From an uncultured Holosporaceae bacterium (lineage in GTDB: Bacteria; Pseudomonadota; Alphaproteobacteria; UBA3830; CASESI01), in the NCBI GenBank assembly GCA_949290705.1, contig CASESI010000001.1, positions 37,783 through 101,782 on the forward strand: a DNA stretch of 64,000 nucleotides, given 5' to 3'. How positions within the stretch are numbered: the first letter of the stretch is position 1; every line of letters begins with the position of its first letter. This document shows positions 10,359-20,243 of the stretch, piece after piece. The translations under genes were made by a program, and so were the position numbers. Below the pieces are notes generated by a model that was not told the DNA's origin, did not search any database, and saw only the letters and a program-made list of their open reading frames with translations.

Positions 10359-13300
10359 TTTTCTATTTCTCCATATTTTAGTATTTCATTTGATAATTCG
10401 TATTTTTTTGACAATGTGAACTTTTTATTACTTATAATCAATTTTATTTCGGTGTTTCCAGAAGGAAGATTTTGTATCATTTGATTTATATTGTTTAACT
10501 CAGTATTATTTCTGATTCTGATAGTAAATGACTTGATTGATGTTGCATCTATATTAGAATTTGCACGCAAAGGTTTAAATTCGTTTATATCGAGTGCTGT
10601 TATGCGTATCATCTCACTTTCTTGTTTTACAGAAGCTTTTACAATGACCATTTTTCCTTCTTCAAGTGTTTCAAATGCCTTTGAAAATACGTCAGAAAAA
10701 GCTACGACTTCATACGCGCCTGATATATCAGAAAGATGAATAAACGCAAATCTACTACCATTTTTTGAAATCTTTTTTACAACTTTGACTATAATCCCAG
10801 AAAGAATAATATTTCCTTCAAAATCTCCCATTTCTATTATATCAGAATAATGGATTACACCTATACGATGTAATTCCTCTTCAAAGCCCATCATAGGGTG
10901 GGATGATAGATAAAATCCTATTGCAGAAAATTCATAATTTAATTTTTCAATTTCACTCCATTCATTATGCTTTTTTAACTTTAATTTTTCATCATCCTGA
11001 TTTCCAAAAAGAGAAAATTGCTTTTTATTTTTAGAAATATCGTGGAAGTTTATCATGTTTTGTACGTTCATAAAAAGTTCTCTTCGATTATTATGAACTT
11101 CATCAAAAGCTCCACTGCAAATTAATGATTCCAGAAGTTTTTTATTTGCAACTTTTTGTGTTGATCTTTTTAAAAAATTTGATACATCATAGAAAGCTCC
11201 ATTTTTATTCCTTTCATCTATTAATTCTTGAACAGCTGCTTCTCCAACACCTTTGACAGCGGATAACCCATACCGAATTTGTAATTCATCTCCTGATTTT
11301 TCTACAGAAAAGTTGGAAACAGATTTATTAATATCAGGTGGTAAAAGTTTTATATGAAGTCTATCTAATTCTTGTTTAAAGTAACTTAATTTATCAGTAT
11401 TTCCTTTATCAAGATTCATTAAAGCAATCATAAATTCAACAGGATAGTGTGCTTTCAAATAAGCTGTTTGGTATGAAATCAAAGCATAAGGTGTAGCGTG
11501 TGATTTGTTAAATCCGTATCCAGCAAATTTGTTTATTTGTTCAAATAATGAATCAGCAATTTCTTTATCAATTCCTCTTTCCACGCATCCATTTATGAAC
11601 CTTTCTTTTTGCATAGCCATTTCAGATTTGATTTTTTTCCCCATAGCACGCCTTAAAAGGTCAGCTTGCCCAAGTGAATATCCTGCCATAACCTGCGCAA
11701 TTTGCATAACCTGCTCTTGATACACCATAACGCCATACGTTGGTTCAAGTATATCTTTGACGAGAGGATGCGCATATACAATTGGTTCCTCACCGTGTTT
11801 TCTTGCGACATATTTTGGAATATCATCCATAGGGCCAGGTCTATACAATGCAACCAATGCGATAAAATCTTCAAATCTATCAGGTTTTAATTTTCGAATT
11901 ACATCGCGCATACCTGTACTTTCAAGTTGAAAAACCCCGACAGTTTCAATTTTGTTTACCAGTTTAAAAACTTTTTCGTCGTCAAGTGGAATAAAGTTTA
12001 TATCAAGGTCTATGTTTCTATTTTTCAGTAAATCAACTGTCTGCTGAATTGTTGTTAAAGTTTTAAGGCCAAGGAAGTCGAATTTTACAAGTCCTGCTTT
12101 TTCAACGTATTTCATGTTGAATTGAGTTACAGGAATATCGGATTTAGGATCTTTGTAAAGAGGAACAAGTTCATCCAAGTCTTGGTTTGCGATAACAATT
12201 CCTGCTGCATGTGTGGAACAATGCCTTGATAATCCCTCCAATTTTAAAGAAATATCAAAAAGTCTTGCTACTTGTTCATCACTTTTTATTAAATCTTGAA
12301 GAGCAGGTTCAACATCAATTGCTTGTTGAAGAGATAGTGGGTTTGTTGGATTTTGAGGCACCAATTTACAAATACTGTTAACCTGTCCGTATGGCATTTC
12401 AAGAACACGCCCCACATCACGCAATACCGCTCTTGCCTGCAATTTTCCGAAAGTTATAATATGCCCGACTCTTGTTCTACCATATTTTTCACATACGTAA
12501 TTTATTGTAAGTTCACGTTTTTCCTGGCAAAAGTCTATGTCGAAATCCGGCATAGAAATACGTTCTGGGTTTAAAAACCTTTCGAAAATTAAGCGAAATT
12601 TGATTGGATCAAGGTTAGTGATAAGTAAACTCCATGCAACTATACTTCCTGCCCCTGATCCACGGCCAGGACCAACAGGGACATGATGATGAACAGACCA
12701 TTGTACGAAATCAGAGACAATCAAGAAATAGCTTGAAAATCCCATTTTAGCAATAACACCAAGTTCATAGTTTAACCTTTCGAAGTATTTTGGATGCTCA
12801 GTTTCAGGAACATGTTTTAATCTCTCTTTAAGACCACCAGTAGCTTTTTGTTTTAATGCATCATCAGGAGTTACACCTTCCTTTAAGTCCACCTTTGGAA
12901 GCATAGGTTTTTTTTCTCTGACCATGAAAGAACAACGTTTCGCAATGTTTATTGTATTTTCAATTGCTTCAGGAAGATCCTTAAATAATTCCTTCATTTC
13001 CTCTTGGGATTTAAAATAATAATCTTCAGAAGTTCTTTCTCGGTCATTCTCAGATATAAACTTACCTTGCTTTATGCATAACAAGACATCATGCGCCTCA
13101 ACCATATCTGGAGAAGCGAAATGTACATTGTTTGTTGCAACAATTGGAATATTATATTCATATGCGAGTTCAAGTTGAGTTTTTTCTATATTTTGCTCAT
13201 GCTGGTCTCTGATAATTTCAACGTACAATCTATCTCCAAAAATTTTCTTAAGGTATACGAGGTTAGTTTTTGCTTGGTCAATTAATCCTTTTCTTATATC

Positions 13301-13747
13301 TTCGCCAAGGATACCTTTTTCTCCTCCCGTTAATGCTATAATCCCATCAGAATGTTTTTCAAGCATCGACAATGGAAATTCAGGAGTTTCCGTATTTCCA
13401 TACTTTAAATACGAATCGCTTACAATTTTTAAAAGATTTTTATAACCACTTTCATTTTGAGCAATTAACAACAATTCTCCGGTTTTATGTTTATTAGATT
13501 GAGTAATTTGTTTGTCTTTACTGATTGTGACGACAGCACCTATGATAGGTTGAATACCTTTTCCAGAGAGTGTGATTGAAAATTCGAGAGCGCCAAATAG
13601 ATTGTTCAGATCAGAGATTCCCACGGCTGGCATATCATTTTTTAAACATAATTCAGCGACAGTTGGAAATTTTATAGCTCCTTTTAAGAGAGAATATGAA
13701 CTGAATAATCTTAAGTGGACAAACTCTTGCATAAATGGTATTAACAA
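10355..13747 (-). CDS. dnaE: DNA polymerase III alpha subunit
   Basis: 1130 aa. PHP domain FVHLRLFSSYSLLKGA, then PDFDIDF, GLVKFDFLGLKTL and FNKSHA, with an OB fold at the C-terminus. Confidence 0.97.
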   Translation of the reverse strand: MLIPFMQEFVHLRLFSSYSLLKGAIKFPTVAELCLKNDMPAVGISDLNNLFGALEFSITLSGKGIQPIIGAVVTISKDKQITQSNKHKTGELLLIAQNESGYKNLLKIVSDSYLKYGNTETPEFPLSMLEKHSDGIIALTGGEKGILGEDIRKGLIDQAKTNLVYLKKIFGDRLYVEIIRDQHEQNIEKTQLELAYEYNIPIVATNNVHFASPDMVEAHDVLLCIKQGKFISENDRERTSEDYYFKSQEEMKELFKDLPEAIENTINIAKRCSFMVREKKPMLPKVDLKEGVTPDDALKQKATGGLKERLKHVPETEHPKYFERLNYELGVIAKMGFSSYFLIVSDFVQWSVHHHVPVGPGRGSGAGSIVAWSLLITNLDPIKFRLIFERFLNPERISMPDFDIDFCQEKRELTINYVCEKYGRTRVGHIITFGKLQARAVLRDVGRVLEMPYGQVNSICKLVPQNPTNPLSLQQAIDVEPALQDLIKSDEQVARLFDISLKLEGLSRHCSTHAAGIVIANQDLDELVPLYKDPKSDIPVTQFNMKYVEKAGLVKFDFLGLKTLTTIQQTVDLLKNRNIDLDINFIPLDDEKVFKLVNKIETVGVFQLESTGMRDVIRKLKPDRFEDFIALVALYRPGPMDDIPKYVARKHGEEPIVYAHPLVKDILEPTYGVMVYQEQVMQIAQVMAGYSLGQADLLRRAMGKKIKSEMAMQKERFINGCVERGIDKEIADSLFEQINKFAGYGFNKSHATPYALISYQTAYLKAHYPVEFMIALMNLDKGNTDKLSYFKQELDRLHIKLLPPDINKSVSNFSVEKSGDELQIRYGLSAVKGVGEAAVQELIDERNKNGAFYDVSNFLKRSTQKVANKKLLESLICSGAFDEVHNNRRELFMNVQNMINFHDISKNKKQFSLFGNQDDEKLKLKKHNEWSEIEKLNYEFSAIGFYLSSHPMMGFEEELHRIGVIHYSDIIEMGDFEGNIILSGIIVKVVKKISKNGSRFAFIHLSDISGAYEVVAFSDVFSKAFETLEEGKMVIVKASVKQESEMIRITALDINEFKPLRANSNIDATSIKSFTIRIRNNTELNNINQMIQNLPSGNTEIKLIISNKKFTLSKKYELSNEILKYGEIEN

Positions 13748-13802
13748 TTCTTAAGGTATTATATCTTAATAATATTGGTTTTTCGAGATATCAATATAAA
13801 AA

Positions 13803-14711
13803 TTAGAAAGGAGCAATTATATCAAGTAATTCTGTTCCATATCTTGGTTTCTGTTGTCTTGACATAGCACCTTCTCCACCGAATGAAATACGTGCCTCGG
13901 CAATTTTGTCGTATGCTATCGTATTTTCTGATGTGATATCTTCTGGTCTTATTATTCCACTTAATGTGATCTGACGTTTTTCATAATCGACGATAATTTC
14001 TTGATTTCCTTCAACGTATAAGTTTCCATTTGGAAGTTCACTTTTGATTATTGCTGCCATATTAAATTTTAAAGTATCTCCACCTCTTGAAATAAGATTT
14101 CCTGATACTTTTGCAAGATCTTGCCCGGATGAAAGTCCTCCAGATTTTTCTTGATCAGATTCGGAGGCAGATTTACCTTCTGTATCTGTTTTTGTTTTTT
14201 CATAAGGATTTCCAAGTATTGCATCTGCAACTTTTGACTCTCTCACAATTGACTTTAAAATTTTTCTTATGTTAAGTAAAGAATCAGGATGAGAAGACGA
14301 AATTGTGTTTGATGCTGTTAATTTTGCTTGTTGGTCTTTTACATCAATTATAACTGTTAATATATCTCCAACTTTTGCAGCGCGTTGATCTTGAAAAAAT
14401 GATTTATTTCCAGGGGTCCATAATGAATTCGAGTGTTTACCATGAGAAATTGTTTTTATACTGTTATTATCAATACGATATATGTTGGGTGTTGAGTTTT
14501 GTTGATAATTATTTGAATGAGCGTGATTATTTTTTTGTAAATGGTTTCCCTTATCGGAAAAAGCGAATTTATAATTTTGTACATCTTCCTCATTTGTAGT
14601 TGGAATTTTTATTTCAGAAAATCTTGGTTTGTCTCCAAGATGACGTAATGCTTCTATTTTTTCTATACAAGATGTTAAAAATATTAACATACCCATTAAC
14701 AAGTACTTCAT
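13803..14711 (-). CDS. flgH: Flagellar L-ring lipoprotein FlgH
   Basis: Lipobox LTSC. Conserved SLWTPG..FFQDQRAAKVGDILTVII, LPNGNLYVEGNQEI and the C-terminal ARISFGGEG pattern. An extra His/Asn/Gln-rich segment follows the lipobox. Confidence 0.85.
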   Translation of the reverse strand: MKYLLMGMLIFLTSCIEKIEALRHLGDKPRFSEIKIPTTNEEDVQNYKFAFSDKGNHLQKNNHAHSNNYQQNSTPNIYRIDNNSIKTISHGKHSNSLWTPGNKSFFQDQRAAKVGDILTVIIDVKDQQAKLTASNTISSSHPDSLLNIRKILKSIVRESKVADAILGNPYEKTKTDTEGKSASESDQEKSGGLSSGQDLAKVSGNLISRGGDTLKFNMAAIIKSELPNGNLYVEGNQEIIVDYEKRQITLSGIIRPEDITSENTIAYDKIAEARISFGGEGAMSRQQKPRYGTELLDIIAPF

Positions 14712-14894
14712 ACTATTTTTAGTTCTACGTTTAAAGTTTATTAAGAAAATTGTTTACATTTGGTTAACGAAATTTATATTTTAGAATTTAAGGTGAAAAA
14801 CGTATTCATATTGTGTAAATTAATTTAATTTTAATTAATTTGAGTATAATATGCTTTAATTGTATAATTGTATTGAAAAATACGGGAGATAGTT

Positions 14895-15668
14895 TTGGCA
14901 CAGTTATCTGATTTTAGAATTTTAATATGTAATGATGATGGGATATTTTCAACAGGTATCAAAATCTTGGAAAGAATAGCAAGAGATATTTCTCCTGATG
15001 TCTGGGTTGTTGCTCCTGAGTTTGAACAAAGCGGAAAGGGGATGAGTGTAACTTTCAATGATATTTTACGTGTTAATGAAGTTTCTCCAAGAAAATATAC
15101 GGTTAATGGAACGCCAGCAGATTGTGTTGTTATGGCTGTAAATCATATATTGACGGATAAGAAACCTGATTTGGTTATAACAGGGATTAATCATGGAAAT
15201 AATGTTGGAGATACTGTATTCATTTCTGGAACGGTTGGTGCAGCACAAATTGCTGCATTTCATGGTATAAGATCGATTGCAGTAAGCCAAGATTGTTATG
15301 AAGGGGTTCCACCTAAATTCCACTTGCCGGATCATTTTTTGCCACAGATATTGAAAAAGCTTATTAAATTCAATTGGCTTAATGGAATGGTTGCGAATAT
15401 CAATTTCCCAGAGGCTTCAATTTCTGAGGTAAAAGGGACAGTTGTTGTTCCACAAGGATCTATGAAGATTGATTGGAATGTTATTGAACGGACAGACCCT
15501 GTTGGGTATCCGTATTATTGGGTAAGATCGAATTGGGATTCCAAAAACCCAAGTACAAAAACAGATACAAATTATCTAAACGATAAATATATCACTATTA
15601 CGCCTATTGATACCAATTTGAATAATCAGATGTTTTTGGATGAGCTCGAAGAATTTATGAATTCATAA
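14895..15668 (+). CDS. surE: 5'/3'-nucleotidase SurE
   Basis: Motifs ILICNDDGIFSTGI, VVAPEFEQSG, GTPADCV and GINHGNNVG. The apparent start codon is TTG. Confidence 0.9.
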   Translation: MAQLSDFRILICNDDGIFSTGIKILERIARDISPDVWVVAPEFEQSGKGMSVTFNDILRVNEVSPRKYTVNGTPADCVVMAVNHILTDKKPDLVITGINHGNNVGDTVFISGTVGAAQIAAFHGIRSIAVSQDCYEGVPPKFHLPDHFLPQILKKLIKFNWLNGMVANINFPEASISEVKGTVVVPQGSMKIDWNVIERTDPVGYPYYWVRSNWDSKNPSTKTDTNYLNDKYITITPIDTNLNNQMFLDELEEFMNS

Positions 15669-15729
15669 ATTTTTTTCCTTAACCTAAATTTACAGTGTAT
15701 AATCTATAGGTAGTAGTTTTATTTCCAAA

Positions 15730-16401
15730 ATGAATGAAGCGCTGATATTATACGAGTTAATATTTTGTGTGGCATCTATTTTTGTTCTGCATAAGTTTTT
15801 TAAGCTTAGTGGGTTGTATGCTTTTAATATTATCGCTGTGATTGCTGCGAATATACAGGTTTTAAAATTTACATCGTTTTCTTTTTATAGTTCTCAGGTT
15901 GCCTTGGGAAGTGTGATTTTTTCTTCTACATTTATTGTGGATAACATTATTACAGAAGAATACGGACCAAAAAGTGCTCGTGATGGAGTTTTGTTAAGTA
16001 GCTTGGCTTACATAATTTTCTCTATTGCAATGTACATATGTATATTTTATAGAAATGTTGGTGATCCTTATATGGGTTGTTGTATAAGAGCAATATTCTC
16101 TAATTCTTATGGAATAATTATATCTAGTATTTTTTCGTACATAGCGAGCAAATTATTTGATGTTTATTGTTTTGAAGGAATTAAAAAAATTACTTTCGGA
16201 AAATTAAAATGGATAAGGTTCAACGTATCGTCTCTAATTTCTGCATTTATCGATCAGGTTGTGTTTTCAGTTTTGTGTTGGAAAGTATTTTTGGTGAGAG
16301 AGTTTTCCTGGTCCGAAATTTTCAGTGTATATGTTACATTTGGATATTGTTTCAGAGCGATTATGATAATAATTGTCGGTACAATTTTCTCGAGAAAGTA
16401 A
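15730..16401 (+). CDS. Queuosine-precursor transporter (YhhQ/VUT family) membrane protein
   Basis: 223 aa polytopic membrane protein. C-terminal SAFIDQVVFSVL-type motif and overall layout match YhhQ/DUF165. Confidence 0.6.
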   Translation: MNEALILYELIFCVASIFVLHKFFKLSGLYAFNIIAVIAANIQVLKFTSFSFYSSQVALGSVIFSSTFIVDNIITEEYGPKSARDGVLLSSLAYIIFSIAMYICIFYRNVGDPYMGCCIRAIFSNSYGIIISSIFSYIASKLFDVYCFEGIKKITFGKLKWIRFNVSSLISAFIDQVVFSVLCWKVFLVREFSWSEIFSVYVTFGYCFRAIMIIIVGTIFSRK

Positions 16402-16435
16402 TTTGATAAATGTTCTATTTTTAATTTAAAACTTG

Positions 16436-16464
16436 TTGATAAAAGTCTCGCATTTTTATACTAT
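16436..16464 (+). promoter_or_regulatory. Sigma-70-like promoter upstream of dapA (TTGATA-17-TACTAT)
   Basis: -35 at 16436-16441 and -10 at 16459-16464 with a 17-nt spacer, 23 nt before the dapA ATG. Confidence 0.3.
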
Positions 16465-16486
16465 ATTCGAATTAAGGGTTTTTATT

Positions 16487-17362
16487 ATGTTTAAAGGATA
16501 TATTGCCGCAGTTGTTTCTCCGTTTAAGGATAATGTGCTCGATAAAGATGGGTATTCAAAGTATATATCATGGCTTGTTGATTCAGGTATTAATGGAATT
16601 GTCGTTTCTGGGACGACAGGGGAATCATCTGCATTATCTAGGAATGAAAAAATTAATTTAATAAATACTTCGATAGAAACGGTTAATAAAAGGATTCCTG
16701 TAATAGTCGGTGTTGGTGCTTCAAATACGCAAGATGTTATAAGACAACTTGACGATATAAACCAGATTGATGGAATTGATGCAATAATGGTTGTGACGCC
16801 GTTTTATGTAAAACCAAATCAAAAGGGAATCATAGAACATTATAGAATGATCTCAGAGGTTTCGAAATTTCCAATCGTGATTTACAATAATCCTGGTCGT
16901 GCATGTGTTGATATTGCGCCTGACACAATTGTGACGATTGCAAAATTTAATAAAATAATTGCTTTGAAAGAGGCTTCTCCTGATCTTTCAAGGTTTACGT
17001 ATTTAAGAAAAGCACTTGGAACGAATTTCTCTTTACTATCTGGAAATGATGATACTGCTCCTGGTGCATTTGCAATGGGGGCAGATGGTGCTATTTCTGT
17101 GTCGGCAAACATTATTCCAAACTTATGTTCTGATATGTATAAATCATTTGAAAGTGCTGATTTAAAATCATTTTCAGAGATTCGTAATAAGGTATTTAAT
17201 ATACACAAATTAATGTTCAAGGAGCCAAGTCCTGCACCTTTGAAGTATGCATTAAGCCTTAAGGGATTTATTACAGATGAAGTGCGTATGCCGATTATGA
17301 CTCTTTCAGATGATACAAAAAGAATGATCCATGACGAATTGCTTGGACTGAAGTTAATATGA
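16487..17362 (+). CDS. dapA: 4-hydroxy-tetrahydrodipicolinate synthase
   Basis: Motifs SGTTGES and YNNPGR, with the Schiff-base Lys in IIALKEAS. I placed the start at MFKGYIAAVVSPF. Confidence 0.9.
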   Translation: MFKGYIAAVVSPFKDNVLDKDGYSKYISWLVDSGINGIVVSGTTGESSALSRNEKINLINTSIETVNKRIPVIVGVGASNTQDVIRQLDDINQIDGIDAIMVVTPFYVKPNQKGIIEHYRMISEVSKFPIVIYNNPGRACVDIAPDTIVTIAKFNKIIALKEASPDLSRFTYLRKALGTNFSLLSGNDDTAPGAFAMGADGAISVSANIIPNLCSDMYKSFESADLKSFSEIRNKVFNIHKLMFKEPSPAPLKYALSLKGFITDEVRMPIMTLSDDTKRMIHDELLGLKLI

Positions 17363-17820
17363 TAAACAATGGCGATATAATTATAAAAAATAGGAAAGCC
17401 CATTTTAATTACGCTATTGAGGATACTTTCGAGGCTGGTATTGTTTTGACCGGGTCGGAAGTAAAGTCATTGCGTGCCGGAAAATGCAGCATTAAGGATG
17501 CATTTGTGATGGACTATGATGGGGAGTTGTTTCTTGATAACTCTACAATTAATGAATATGAGTTTGCGTCACGACAAAACCACAATCCATCAAGGCGCAG
17601 AAAATTATTGCTTCAAAAACGTGTAATACAAAAGCTGATAGGTAAAATTCGCACTTCTGGATATTCTGTCATTCCCATCAGTATGTATTTTAACAAAGCT
17701 GGACGTGTTAAGCTTGAGATAGGTGTTGGAAAGGGAAAAACACTTGTTGATAAGAGAGAGACAATAAAACAAAGGGATTGGCAGAGAGAGAGGGCTGCTC
17801 TTTTAAAGAGAGAAATGTGA
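17359..17820 (+). CDS. smpB: SsrA-binding protein SmpB
   Basis: Motifs RKAHFNY, GSEVKSLR, NHNPSRRRKLLL and GKGKTLVDKRETIKQRDWQRE. ATGA overlap with the dapA stop. Confidence 0.95.
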   Translation: MINNGDIIIKNRKAHFNYAIEDTFEAGIVLTGSEVKSLRAGKCSIKDAFVMDYDGELFLDNSTINEYEFASRQNHNPSRRRKLLLQKRVIQKLIGKIRTSGYSVIPISMYFNKAGRVKLEIGVGKGKTLVDKRETIKQRDWQRERAALLKREM

Positions 17821-17844
17821 CGATAACAATTGGGAGTTTTGAAA

Positions 17845-20241
17845 ATGAGATTTGCTTATGATTGGTTGAAAAGGCATTTGGATACAGAAAAATCGGTCTA
17901 TGAAATTGCTGATGAATTAACTTCTCTTGGAATAGAGGTGGATGAGGTTATTGATAATTACGATTATTTGAAAAATTTTTCTGTTGCAACTGTTAAGGAG
18001 CTTCGTCCACATCCTGATTCTGATCATCTAAAGATATGTACTGTGGATACTGGCGATGGGATTGTTACAATTGTTACAGGTGCTTCGAATGTAAAAAAAG
18101 GTAAGAAATATCCATTAGCCAAAATAGGGACGTTTATTCCAAATGGAGAGTACACAATCGAACTTCGTAAATTGCGTGGGATTGAAAGTAATGGAATGCT
18201 TTGTTCTGCTGATGAGATGTTGATTCCAGGTGAGTACGAAGATGGGCTTATGGAGTTGTCTGATAAATTAAAAAACGGGACAACGATCTATGATGCACTT
18301 AATTTGCATGAGTATATTCTTGATGTTTCAATTACACCTAACCGTGGAGATTGTTTTGGAATTCGCGGAATTGCTAAAGATTTAGCTGCAAAAGGTGTTG
18401 GTATTTTGAAAGATCTAAAAATTCCGTCAATAAAAACAGAGACAAAATTTCCATATACAATTTCTTCAGATGAGTTTGTGTCAAGTACGTGCCAGGCTTT
18501 TACTGCAATTGCGATCAGAAATATCCATAATGCCGAGAGTCCATCATGGTTGCAAAAGTTATTGATTTCTGCTGGATTAAAACCTAAAAATGTTATCGTT
18601 GATGTGACAAATTTCATGAGTATCGACATGGCAAGGCCTTTGCATGCTTACGATATTAACTTAATAGATGGTCATAATTTAACAGTTAAGTATTCCAATA
18701 ATGGGACAGAATTTACAGATTTAAAAGGCAATAAACATATTTTAAATGACACGATTGCTGTTTTAGCGGATGAATTGTCTCCTATCTCGATTCTTGGAAT
18801 AATGGGTGGAGAGAGGACGATGTGCTCTCTAAATACGACGGATATTATTCTTGAATCTGTTTATTTAACGCCTGAAAAGATTATGGCAGAAGGGCAATAT
18901 TTGAATATCACAAGCGATGCTCGAACAAGATTTGAACGTGGAACTGACCCAGAGACTGTTGTTTTATGCCTCAAAATTGCCGCTGATATGATCGTAAATA
19001 TTTGTGGCGGAGAGGTGTCGGAGATTGTTTCAACAAGTAGTTACAAACCAATCCCAAATGCAATACCTTTTAAAATTTCTGATTTTGAAAAATTGATGGG
19101 TATTACGTTTGAGGATGATGAAGTGATTTCCATCCTCCAAAATCTAGGTTTTGATATTACAGAGACAGAGCCAGGAAAATATACAGCTATTCCGCCTTCT
19201 GCACGTCATGATATTCATCAAAAGGAAGATTTGATAGAGGAAGTTGCAAGAGTTTTTAATTACGATAAATTTAAAGAGAATGCATTTTTTGTTGAGCCAC
19301 TTGTGTTGAATAACAGTGATGATGAAGTGAAATTTAAATTATTAAACTCTGTTAAGAAATTTTTGGCTTCAAATGGTTATGATGAGACTGTGAATTATTC
19401 TTTCATTTCAAAGTCTGATAAAGAGAGATTTTTTCGTAATGATAAATTAATAGAGCTTGCAAATCCACTAAGTGTTGAATTTTTATATATGCGTCCTTCT
19501 TTGCTTTCGAATATGGTTAATTTAACTGCGAAGTTGTTGAATTATGGCGAAAGGGAAGTTAATATATTCGAAGTGGGAAATGTGTATTCCAAAAATGCTG
19601 AGAATACGCGCATATCCGCGGTTGCTGCTTTCCCTGATCAGATTCATAATCCATGGAATGATAAGAATAAGTATGGTATATTTGATATTAAAAGGGTTTT
19701 CTTTTCTGTTTTAAGTTGCATAGGAATTGATCTTCGATTAATACAAATAAGATCTAATGATGTTCCTTCGTATATGCATATCACAAGGACAGGGATTATT
19801 TCTGTGCGAGGAATCGATCTTGGATTTTTTGGCGAGGTAAATCCAAAAATATTATCTGACCTTGGCATAAGAACTCGTGTTGTTGTATTTGATTTCGATT
19901 TTGATAAGTTTTTCAACAACAGAGATGTATTGACGCTATCTAATAAAAAATTTGCAAACACCAAATTACAAAAGATATACAGGGATTTCGCTTTCGTTTT
20001 CGATAAAGGAACAGAAGTTCAGAAAATAAAAGGGGTGATTTGCACTGACCACAGGATTTCAAATGTCATAACTTTCGATGTTTACGAAGATGAAGTTCTT
20101 GGCAATGATAAAATCTCAATTGCGTTTAACATAGAAATCGATCAAGCCGATGGAAAGACTTTAACAGATGATGATATACAAGAGATATCTTCAAAGATAA
20201 TAAAGTCTGTCGGTATGATGGGTGGAGTTTTACGAGGTTAA
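17845..20241 (+). CDS. pheT: Phenylalanine--tRNA ligase beta subunit
   Basis: N-terminus MRFAYDWLKRHL, tRNA-binding OB domain (GIESNGMLCS), B3/4 domain (ITPNRGDC), B5 domain and a ferredoxin-like C-terminus. Confidence 0.95.
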   Translation: MRFAYDWLKRHLDTEKSVYEIADELTSLGIEVDEVIDNYDYLKNFSVATVKELRPHPDSDHLKICTVDTGDGIVTIVTGASNVKKGKKYPLAKIGTFIPNGEYTIELRKLRGIESNGMLCSADEMLIPGEYEDGLMELSDKLKNGTTIYDALNLHEYILDVSITPNRGDCFGIRGIAKDLAAKGVGILKDLKIPSIKTETKFPYTISSDEFVSSTCQAFTAIAIRNIHNAESPSWLQKLLISAGLKPKNVIVDVTNFMSIDMARPLHAYDINLIDGHNLTVKYSNNGTEFTDLKGNKHILNDTIAVLADELSPISILGIMGGERTMCSLNTTDIILESVYLTPEKIMAEGQYLNITSDARTRFERGTDPETVVLCLKIAADMIVNICGGEVSEIVSTSSYKPIPNAIPFKISDFEKLMGITFEDDEVISILQNLGFDITETEPGKYTAIPPSARHDIHQKEDLIEEVARVFNYDKFKENAFFVEPLVLNNSDDEVKFKLLNSVKKFLASNGYDETVNYSFISKSDKERFFRNDKLIELANPLSVEFLYMRPSLLSNMVNLTAKLLNYGEREVNIFEVGNVYSKNAENTRISAVAAFPDQIHNPWNDKNKYGIFDIKRVFFSVLSCIGIDLRLIQIRSNDVPSYMHITRTGIISVRGIDLGFFGEVNPKILSDLGIRTRVVVFDFDFDKFFNNRDVLTLSNKKFANTKLQKIYRDFAFVFDKGTEVQKIKGVICTDHRISNVITFDVYEDEVLGNDKISIAFNIEIDQADGKTLTDDDIQEISSKIIKSVGMMGGVLRG

Positions 20242-20243
20242 AA

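Noticed and set aside
14840-14854. TTAA-N7-TTAA match in the flgH/surE intergenic region (TTAAtttaattTTAAt).
   Set aside because: It is embedded in a low-complexity run of overlapping TTAA/AATT and lacks the terminal C. It is most likely chance.
14712-14898. Sigma-54 promoter near flgH/surE: TGGCAC at 14893-14898.
   Set aside because: It lies on the plus strand overlapping the surE start codon, and no TTGC element follows at the correct spacing. It is also wrongly oriented for flgH.
15669-15729. preQ1 riboswitch upstream of the YhhQ-like transporter.
   Set aside because: The 61-nt spacer shows no P1 hairpin plus A-rich tail (…AAAAAACUA) arrangement. It contains only a TATAAT-like box.
16882-17403. 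173-aa ORF antisense to dapA and to the smpB start.
   Set aside because: It is fully embedded in two strongly supported genes, has no recognisable motifs, and shows the typical codon-complement shadow pattern.
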